11,483 nt of DNA from Candidatus Hadarchaeota archaeon (lineage in GTDB: Archaea; CAYQAE01; CAYVLA01): contig CAYVLA010000087.1 of assembly GCA_964452145.1 (NCBI GenBank), positions 1,699-13,181 of the forward strand, written 5' to 3'. The translations under genes were made by a program, and so were the position numbers. Positions 1 to 6,626 of the stretch are shown here, piece after piece (within the stretch, counting starts at the first letter, position 1; the number at the start of each line of letters is the position of its first letter). The notes beneath the pieces are model-generated. The model did not search any database. It saw nothing but the letters and a program-made list of their open reading frames with translations, and had not been told where the DNA came from.

Positions 1-258
1 CCAACCGAGCCCTGGTGCGCGGCTGCTGATCCGGCCACGGGACTCATAATGGGCCAGCTCTTTCCCCCAAGCACGGTGGATCGGATAGGCGTCTGGCAAG
101 ACAATTCCTACTACACCGTTGAGCTGATAGTCGACAGAATCCGCCTGCTCCCGGAGGAGAAGCTGGAGTTCCCGACTTGGGTCATCTTCACCCGGGGCTC
201 TGAGGAGACCGTACGGGGCATGTGTTCGGTTCTCTCCCTGGGGAAGGGGCTGAAGTGA
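1..258 (+). CDS. 5'-truncated protein, C-terminal part of a galactose-mutarotase-like (aldose epimerase-like) beta-sandwich protein; paralog of 3079..3852
   Basis: Frame 1 is open from position 1 (PTEPWCAAADPATGLIMGQLFPPSTVDRI...) to TGA 256-258. It aligns by eye with the C-terminus of 3079..3852 (LFPPSTVDRI vs LFPTSVVDRI). The stop overlaps the next start (GTGA 255-258). Confidence 0.65.
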   Translation, partial: PTEPWCAAADPATGLIMGQLFPPSTVDRIGVWQDNSYYTVELIVDRIRLLPEEKLEFPTWVIFTRGSEETVRGMCSVLSLGKGLK

Positions 259-1082
259 GAATCTGCCTGACTTCCGACATTCACCATCCAAGATCGCACA
301 TCCTTCCGGGCAGGCTTCCCGATCTTGTCCGCGAAGCCGATCCCGATGTCTTTGCGATAGCCGGCGACCTGTGTGACGGGGTGACCAGGGAGTTCAGGAG
401 ATGCCTGTCCCACTTCGGTGATCTGGAGATGCCCAAATGCCTAGTGCTCGGCAATCACGACCTCTGGCTGAGGGATGGCTGGTTCAATCCCCGCGACTCG
501 GAGGCCAAGATCGAGCGCCTGCTCGACATGGCCGAGAAGGAGGCGGGCTTTCATCCCCTTTGGCGATCGCCAATGATCCTTGACGGGATTGCCATTGCAG
601 GCAACGTTGGCTGGTATGACTACGGATTCAGATCCCTTCCGCTGCCCACCGAGGTCTATAGGAGGAAGACCCATCTGGGCTATGTGTGGAACGATCTCAA
701 CTTCATCAGATGGCAGTATTCGGATGAGGAGTTCAATCACCTGTGTCTCGACCGGATGGGCCGCCACCTTGCGGAACTTCAGGAAAGGGATGACGTACGA
801 GCGGTCGTCGTCGTAACCCACCACATTCCATTTGCCGACTGCGTTCAGAGGAAGGGGATCGAGACCTTCGACTTCTTCAACGCGTACATGGGCAGTCCCC
901 TGACCGGTGATCTCATCAGGAGGCACTCAAAGATCAGGGCGGTTGCGTTTGGGCATTCCCACGGAAAGGGCATACCCGACCGAAGGCAATGCCGGTTCGG
1001 CAGACTGACAGCCCACAACGTCAGCGTCGACTTCGATGACCCGAAGCCATTCCTTATCGACATGGACACCTCAGACTGCTGA
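255..1082 (+). CDS. Calcineurin-like metallophosphoesterase
   Basis: All five metal-binding motifs are present: SDIH, AGD, GNHD, THH and GHSH, plus the GWYDY..W.D segment typical of one uncharacterised subfamily. The likely start is GTG 255 (MRICLTSDIH), overlapping the upstream stop, with purine-rich GGGAAGGGG upstream. The track start at 222 is probably too long. Confidence 0.92.
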   Translation: MRICLTSDIHHPRSHILPGRLPDLVREADPDVFAIAGDLCDGVTREFRRCLSHFGDLEMPKCLVLGNHDLWLRDGWFNPRDSEAKIERLLDMAEKEAGFHPLWRSPMILDGIAIAGNVGWYDYGFRSLPLPTEVYRRKTHLGYVWNDLNFIRWQYSDEEFNHLCLDRMGRHLAELQERDDVRAVVVVTHHIPFADCVQRKGIETFDFFNAYMGSPLTGDLIRRHSKIRAVAFGHSHGKGIPDRRQCRFGRLTAHNVSVDFDDPKPFLIDMDTSDC

Positions 1083-1342
1083 GGATCCCGGCTCCGCTAC
1101 GGGGAACCTTGGGTGCTTCTCAGTACTGCACTGACCCCGCCAGGCAAGAATGCCGCCTTCTGCCTTCTCCCCCAGAACGCACGCGCTGTCGATGAGAGCC
1201 GGGACAACGATCGATTCTAGGCCGATCTTGCCCTTTCTCGATACTGTGTCGAACAACTATCTGCCAAATCGTCACGACCTACCTCCTTTAAGAGACCCAA
1301 AGCTGGACCCGGTGATCGGATGCCTGAAAGGAGGAAGCGTAG

Positions 1343-2023
1343 TTGAGGATCATTGCCGCGGATTCGGGTTGCTCGATGCTCGATGAATCCTTCAGACCGA
1401 TCAACATCATGGTGAGCACCTGCATCCTGACGGAAGAGCCCTACCATGAGGTTCTGGGGAAGGAGACCAGGGTGGTCGACTACACTCTAAGAGACCCCAA
1501 CGTGGTGGTGGAGGAGCTCAGAATGTGTCTTCGATCTCCGTTCCTGGAGCAGGCAGACTGCGTCCATCTCGATACATCACTTGGGGGGCTGGAGATCGCC
1601 GATCTCAACGACTCCTTCCTGGACTGCAGGATCATGAGTTCTGAAGGTAGGGTAGTGCTCAAGCTGATAGCCAATGAGCTAAGGAGCATCGCCATGCAGA
1701 TCCGAGAAAGAACCGGCGCGAAGACGTATGCCATCGGTGGAAGGAGCGTGCCCATTCGCCTTGCCGAGATGTGTACCGCTTCTGAGGGCTTCAAGGAGGC
1801 AAGAAGAAGATGTTCGCAATCCGGTGAGGAGGTTCTGGTGGGATTGCCCGTCAACGTGGAACTTGAGTCCGGGAAGGACATGCTGACAGCAAGGTCTGTG
1901 GACCAGCCAAAGCTCGAGACAACCAGCGATCTGCCACCTCTGGACGTCGAATCTACCAAGATTCTGAACCCCCTGGTGAGAGGCTTCCTGGCTTACAGGA
2001 TCAGGCCCTCAGGAAGGAGGTGA
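1343..2023 (+). CDS. DUF4152 family protein (Pyrococcus PF2046-like, RNase H-like fold, putative nuclease)
   Basis: Recognised family motifs: MRIIAADSG..LDE..P, EEPY, VHLDTSLGG, AIG..SVPIRLAE, GLP, NP..RGF. Acidic residues are retained (D7, EE, HLD, RLAE). TTG start with SD AAAGGAGG at 1327-1334. Confidence 0.8.
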   Translation: MRIIAADSGCSMLDESFRPINIMVSTCILTEEPYHEVLGKETRVVDYTLRDPNVVVEELRMCLRSPFLEQADCVHLDTSLGGLEIADLNDSFLDCRIMSSEGRVVLKLIANELRSIAMQIRERTGAKTYAIGGRSVPIRLAEMCTASEGFKEARRRCSQSGEEVLVGLPVNVELESGKDMLTARSVDQPKLETTSDLPPLDVESTKILNPLVRGFLAYRIRPSGRR

Positions 2024-2027
2024 GAAG

Positions 2028-3074
2028 GTGACCCTGGGTTACTCCCCCGGTCTGGAAGATGTTCGGGCATACTACCAGAGACCTGACATCGCCCGAGAGA
2101 TCGCAAAGCACGCCCGGAATAGAAGCATCGTGATGCCGCATAGGAGGGGATTCCGGGAGAGGGAGAAAGTTGACGTGGCCACGGCCGAGGACATCTCAAG
2201 GCTCGCCCAGAGAGGCATATCCCTTCGACCCGGATCATCAGTACCCACTTTCTACCCGTCATTTCACGGGTCCATAAGAAGGATCGACGGCCTATGCGAC
2301 ATGGTCTTCGAGATCGACATGAAGCAGAGCTATAAGAGGACCTTCCGATCGGGGGCGCTCCTTCTTCGGGTCTTCGACAAGTACGACCTGCCCTACCTGA
2401 TCAAGTTCAGCGGAAACACCAGCCCCCACATCATCATTCCCGGTGAGGCACTGCCCAAGTACGCACAGGGAGACAAGTTCCCACCGATTGCTGCGGCCGT
2501 CAATGCCTACCTGCAGGAGAAGACCCGCATCTCGATGGACGGGTCCTTCAGCACCGGCAACCACTTCCTGAGGCTACCCTACTCCCTCAACGAGAACACC
2601 GGCCTGGTCAGCATACCGATCTCACGCGAGGAGTTCTACGACTTCGATCCCTCGCAAGCCGAGATGGATCGGGTCGAGGTGAGGACCGGCTGGTGGAGCG
2701 TTGCCAGCGAGGGAAGAAGCAGGTTAGACGACTTCATATCGATGGTCATCGGGGAGTGTAGAGGAAGGCCTGGCCTTGCAGGGCTTGGATTCGTGGAGCC
2801 GCTTGGTGATGAGGGCCACCTGCCGCGGTGGGAAGGTCTCCCCGCTCGCCTCCTCAGGGGCGACCGTGTGATCGGACGCGACCTAGCCCTGATGCAGGAG
2901 GATCTAACTGATCAGATGGAGGGTCTGGGCACCAAGTTGCAGAGGGATATGGATTCCCTGCAAAGGAGGATTGCTCGGATGGGAAGAAGGGTCGGCAACG
3001 TGTTCGAGGACCGAGAAACCCTCGACGATGAGGAGCACGGCGAGGATGAGCCCGACCCCGATGTCAGGAGGTGA
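2028..3074 (+). CDS. Archaeo-eukaryotic primase (AEP) superfamily protein (PriS/LigD-Pol-like catalytic core) with C-terminal coiled coil and acidic tail
   Basis: Motif I DMVFEID (ExD variant of DxD), motif II KFSGNTSPHIIIP, motif III D..., followed by LRLPYSLNENTGLVSIPI as in PriS-like enzymes. GTG start preceded by AGGAGGTGA (2015-2023). Confidence 0.8.
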   Translation: MTLGYSPGLEDVRAYYQRPDIAREIAKHARNRSIVMPHRRGFREREKVDVATAEDISRLAQRGISLRPGSSVPTFYPSFHGSIRRIDGLCDMVFEIDMKQSYKRTFRSGALLLRVFDKYDLPYLIKFSGNTSPHIIIPGEALPKYAQGDKFPPIAAAVNAYLQEKTRISMDGSFSTGNHFLRLPYSLNENTGLVSIPISREEFYDFDPSQAEMDRVEVRTGWWSVASEGRSRLDDFISMVIGECRGRPGLAGLGFVEPLGDEGHLPRWEGLPARLLRGDRVIGRDLALMQEDLTDQMEGLGTKLQRDMDSLQRRIARMGRRVGNVFEDRETLDDEEHGEDEPDPDVRR

Positions 3075-3078
3075 TTCC

Positions 3079-3852
3079 ATGGAAGCTTCGCTACAGCGCG
3101 TGTACAACGGAAGGGAGCAGATCGTGCTTAGAGATGGAGAGCTTGAAGCTCACATCGCCCCTGACAAGGGCGCAAGAATCATCCAGATGAAGAGGGGCGA
3201 TATCGAGGCCCTGCATCGACTTTATCCCGACTATGCCGAGTTCGGTACGTACCTCGAATACGGGGGCATAGAGTATCTTCTCGGCTCGGCTCCAGGGAGC
3301 GTCTACGACCGCAGATTCGATTTCGAGATCGGCCAAGAGAAGGTCAGGCTGTGGTGTTTTTCCAGAGACATTCTTTTTGAGAAAGCGATCACCCTGAAGG
3401 AGCCATTCCTGGACGCCAGGTACACATTCGTCAACCTGGGAGAGCGGTTCATCAGGTTCACATTTTCGATACACCCCGAGATTGCTTTGGGGGATTTCAG
3501 GGAATGCGTCTTCTTGGGCTGGGGCGAGTCGGGAGAGGAGAAGGAAGCTTATCGCGGGCCCGGCCGCAGAAGATTCTACAAGCCGAAGACGAACTACTAC
3601 GCCGTGGCCAACGAGAAGAGACATGCCTGCTTCGTCGCCCTCTTCCCCACAAGTGTTGTCGACCGGATCGAGCTGTACTACCCACAGATCGACACCCACC
3701 TCTGTCCCCAAATCATGGTCGACTCAGTCGGCCTGTGCCCGCACAGGAAGGCGAGCTATCCGGTCAGGTTCGGCTTGATGGAGGATGGAAGTCGGGACAT
3801 CTCAGAGGCATCAAGCACTTTCGAAGCGAACGCCACCTATTCATCCATCTGA
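3079..3852 (+). CDS. Galactose-mutarotase-like (aldose 1-epimerase / DUF5107-like) beta-sandwich protein
   Basis: N-terminal pattern IVLRDGELEAHIAPDKGARIIQM, then YGGIE, 'EKAITL..YTFVN' and FSIHPE, typical of the mutarotase-like fold. Start at ATG 3079 with SD AGGAGGTGAT (3066-3075). The track start at 2971 overlaps the AEP gene. Confidence 0.7.
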   Translation: MEASLQRVYNGREQIVLRDGELEAHIAPDKGARIIQMKRGDIEALHRLYPDYAEFGTYLEYGGIEYLLGSAPGSVYDRRFDFEIGQEKVRLWCFSRDILFEKAITLKEPFLDARYTFVNLGERFIRFTFSIHPEIALGDFRECVFLGWGESGEEKEAYRGPGRRRFYKPKTNYYAVANEKRHACFVALFPTSVVDRIELYYPQIDTHLCPQIMVDSVGLCPHRKASYPVRFGLMEDGSRDISEASSTFEANATYSSI

Positions 3853-3985
3853 TCGGGGATGAGCCAGTCAATGCCGTGGACATAGCCGGGATCCCTCCCC
3901 GAGCGCTTGATCCTCGTCGGACGTCGCCAGGAGGGCTACACAGGCTTCCTGCTTTGGGCGTGATCTCTGTGTAGAAATCCCAAGC

Positions 3986-3993
3986 TTTTTAAG
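3986..3993 (+). promoter_or_regulatory. Putative archaeal TATA box for a leaderless transcript of the HTH gene
   Basis: AAGCTTTTTAAG is a rare AT-rich patch in this GC-rich window. It ends 24 nt before ATG 4018, which has no SD. Confidence 0.55.
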
Positions 3994-4017
3994 AAGTGTT
4001 ACACACCTCTCTCGAAG

Positions 4018-4773
4018 ATGGGCAACATGATCAGAAAGCGGGACCTCATCCTCAGAAGGCTTCAAAGGAGATCATACACGGCAACTCAGTTGGCCGAGGA
4101 ACTGGGCATCAGCCAGGCAACCGTGAGGAAGCATGTAGAGCTGCTGAGAAGGGACGGACACGCCATCAACTACAACCGAGCCGACAAGCGATACTACACC
4201 GCTGACGGCGTCACCAACATGAGGAGAACCGAGAACAAGCTCAAGCAGTTCATAGCCGAGTGGGTGGGCAGCCCCCGCGTGCACGATCAGGAGACGATCA
4301 ACAAGATCTACCAGGCCCTCGGAGAGAGAGCAGAGGAGCTGGAGGAAAAAACGGCCCAGCTTGTTCTCAGATACATCATCACCCACCACACCCAGCAGAG
4401 CCGGCTGAGCCTGGAGGCAGTGCAGGGATCTCTGGGCCTTGATGGAGAACTGCTCCAGAAGGTCCTGGGGCGGCTGGTCAGGGAGGCCATCATAGCCAGG
4501 AAGGAATACGGAACACACGCCTTCTACGATTTTGAGAAGAACGAGAATGGCTTCGTCAGGGCGGTAAACAAAGGCTACCTGACACTGACCACGGGCGAGC
4601 TCGAAGGGCTGTTCACCGTCAGAGAATCCGACCAGAGACCAGAGGACGGAGGCATCAACTGCGTCGCCATGTATGTCTCGGGCGGCACGAAGATCTACCG
4701 ATGGGTGCCCGAAACCGTCCCGGAGTTCCTCATACCCGGGATTTTCCAGGCCTTCACCACCTCCTTCTCCTAG
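4018..4773 (+). CDS. Winged helix-turn-helix DNA-binding protein (N-terminal HTH_11/BirA-type plus a second wHTH); possibly the N-terminal part of a longer gene interrupted by TAG
   Basis: ILRRLQRRSYTATQLAEELGISQATVRKHVELLRRDGHAI is a classic wHTH. The second wHTH-like segment is LSLEAVQGSLGLDGELLQKVLGRLVREAIIARKEYGTHAFY. Start at ATG 4018 or 4027. Confidence 0.8.
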   Translation: MGNMIRKRDLILRRLQRRSYTATQLAEELGISQATVRKHVELLRRDGHAINYNRADKRYYTADGVTNMRRTENKLKQFIAEWVGSPRVHDQETINKIYQALGERAEELEEKTAQLVLRYIITHHTQQSRLSLEAVQGSLGLDGELLQKVLGRLVREAIIARKEYGTHAFYDFEKNENGFVRAVNKGYLTLTTGELEGLFTVRESDQRPEDGGINCVAMYVSGGTKIYRWVPETVPEFLIPGIFQAFTTSFS

Positions 4774-4788
4774 GAATCCTACCAGGCG

Positions 4789-5784
4789 ATGGACGGGTCC
4801 ATGTTCTCGGGCCACGGGTCGTGGGAGTACATGCCCGTCATCATCCGCTACCTGCAGGGGCTGCCGACCGAAGGATCGGAACAGTCGACCCAGCAAGGCA
4901 ACGAGGAAAGGAACGCCAAGAGCCGAGACGTTGGGCCGAAGGCAATGGCCCACCCGGAAGGCCTGATAGTTGAGGAACTGATTGGGCTGCAACGTCCGGA
5001 CCCGCACCTGTACTCCCTCCTGGGCTTCGGTGAGATAACGACAGGACGCCAATTGGGCAAGGCCATCGCAACGGTTGAGAACTCCAGGATCGCATCCCTT
5101 CTCGCATATCACAGACCCCTCTACGACAGGATCAGAAGCGAAGGTGTGAAGGGCCTGGAGGCCGAGATTGAGAGAATGGAATCCATACGGGGGACTGGTT
5201 CGGTTGACGATCGCGAGTTCTCCTACCCCAAGGCCAGGCCGTCGGCCTGGTTGACCTCAGCCTACCTGACAATGGTGGGTAAGATCTTCCAGTACGCCTC
5301 CGCCCTTTCCAAGGCAGAGGGCCTGGAGAGATACCTCACATCTCTTCAAGATTACTCACAGATCTTCCTTCGGACCGGCAAGGAGCTTGAAGCCATGCAG
5401 GTGGTTGAGGAGGCAGACGCGATCAAAGAGAGGCCTATGACCCCTCTAGGCCACCAGCTCTCAGAGGGCGGCGTCGATCCCGCCAAGGCCAAGCTTGAGG
5501 TAAGGGTGGACGAGATCCTGGGAACCTCCGACACCGTGCGCGCCGGCGAACACTTCGTCGTGAAGGGCCACTACACGTTGGACTCACCCGAGGTCAAGTC
5601 ATTGTGTGTCGCATGCATCGGCACCAGCACCGGGTCGATGGCCTACCTCTGCCCGGGAGCCGGTGAATTCGAAACGTGGGGCCAGATCATAGGCACGACG
5701 CCGGGACGTGAAAAAGAGCTGGACCTCCTCATATTCGATAAAGAGAAGGAGATCGGTTCCATCGCCAAGATCCGCCTCAAGTAG
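4789..5784 (+). CDS. Hypothetical protein (helical middle region, beta-rich Ig-like C-terminal domain); same frame as 4018..4773
   Basis: 331-aa ORF with coding-like C/G third positions. The C-terminal VRVDEILGTSDTVRAGEHFVVKGHYTLDS looks like a beta-sandwich. No convincing SD precedes ATG 4789. Confidence 0.7.
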   Translation: MDGSMFSGHGSWEYMPVIIRYLQGLPTEGSEQSTQQGNEERNAKSRDVGPKAMAHPEGLIVEELIGLQRPDPHLYSLLGFGEITTGRQLGKAIATVENSRIASLLAYHRPLYDRIRSEGVKGLEAEIERMESIRGTGSVDDREFSYPKARPSAWLTSAYLTMVGKIFQYASALSKAEGLERYLTSLQDYSQIFLRTGKELEAMQVVEEADAIKERPMTPLGHQLSEGGVDPAKAKLEVRVDEILGTSDTVRAGEHFVVKGHYTLDSPEVKSLCVACIGTSTGSMAYLCPGAGEFETWGQIIGTTPGREKELDLLIFDKEKEIGSIAKIRLK

Positions 5785-5891
5785 CTGCGGCACCACGCCG
5801 CCCGAAGACAGGTCGGACACTCATCCAAGGTGTCGATCCCAGCAAGAAGCCGTGGCTTGCCCCACGAACGACACATGTAAGAGGTGGCAGG

Positions 5892-6605
5892 ATGGCATCC
5901 GACGGGATGTCCGTCCGAGTGGCCGTGAGGGACCATCTGATGAGCCTGGGAGCCGGATTGGTCGGATACGGTGACATGACATCCGTGTCCGCCTTGATCT
6001 GCAAGGAGATGCAGACGGCCATCTCAATCGCGCTTCCACTGAACCCGGCCGTGGTGGCTGGGATTGAGAAGGGTCCGACGAGAGAGTACCATGCCGAGTA
6101 CTTGAGGGCAAACCATGCCCTTGACCTTCTCGCTCACGAAGCGGCTGAATTCCTTGTGAAGGAGGGCTTTCGAGCGTTGCCCTTCGCCCCAACGAACGTG
6201 GGCATCGACTCCAACCTCTGCACGCGGCTTCCCCACAAGACGGCCGCAACCCGCGCTGGTCTCGGGTGGATTGGCAAGTGTGCGCTGCTGGTCACCGAGG
6301 AGTTCGGCTCCGCCGTCCGCCTCACCACCGTCCTGACCGACGCCGATCTGCCCGCCGGTAGACCGATCGACGAATCTCGATGCGGTGAGTGTGTCGCGTG
6401 TGTACAGGCATGTCCCGGTGGTGCGCCATCAGGCCGGAGCTGGCGGGTCGGAATCGACCGGGAAACGTTTTTCGATGCCTTCGCCTGCCGGAAGGCCGCC
6501 AGGGAGATGGCCGCCAGGATCGGCATCGAAGAATCCGTCTGCGGCATGTGCATTGCTGCCTGCCCGTGGACACAGAGGTACATTGAGCGAAAGGGTGGTT
6601 CGTAA
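5892..6605 (+). CDS. QueG (epoxyqueuosine reductase)-like / reductive-dehalogenase-related cobalamin- and 2x[4Fe-4S]-binding protein
   Basis: Motifs LPHKTAATRAGLGWIGK.ALLVTEEFGSAVRLTTVLTD, CGECVACVQACP, C and CGMCIAACPW. SD GAGGTG at 5881-5886. Confidence 0.88.
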   Translation: MASDGMSVRVAVRDHLMSLGAGLVGYGDMTSVSALICKEMQTAISIALPLNPAVVAGIEKGPTREYHAEYLRANHALDLLAHEAAEFLVKEGFRALPFAPTNVGIDSNLCTRLPHKTAATRAGLGWIGKCALLVTEEFGSAVRLTTVLTDADLPAGRPIDESRCGECVACVQACPGGAPSGRSWRVGIDRETFFDAFACRKAAREMAARIGIEESVCGMCIAACPWTQRYIERKGGS

Positions 6606-6626
6606 CGCTATGGGTGGTAGGTATTG

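Noticed and set aside
1150..1386. 78-aa + strand ORF in the intergenic gap
   Set aside because: It has no SD or motifs and overlaps the DUF4152 RBS and start in another frame.
2028..3074. Calling the AEP a housekeeping priS or part of a mobile element
   Set aside because: Its motifs are divergent and there is no priL or usual neighbour. No integrase, transposase, helicase or terminal repeats are seen in the window.
4072..5112. 346-aa antisense ORF (and similar ones at 441-926, 1480-1959, 3091-3711, 6134-6583, 8016-8510, 9301-9930, 11146-11475)
   Set aside because: These are shadow ORFs opposite motif-supported genes, expected at high GC. They show no recognisable motifs.
5782..5880. Genome-wide TAG recoding (readthrough of TAG at 5782 and 7584)
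   Set aside because: Readthrough at 5782 gives a short, non-protein-like tail (LRHHAARRQ...), and the QueG-like protein appears complete at 7584. Only the TAG at 4771 is suspicious.
5785..5891. Possible cobalamin riboswitch ahead of the B12-binding genes; short stems GACAC/GTGTC and AAGCC/GGCTT
   Set aside because: The region is only about 107 nt and lacks recognisable B12-box/GGGAA core motifs. The stems are short and have no U-tract.
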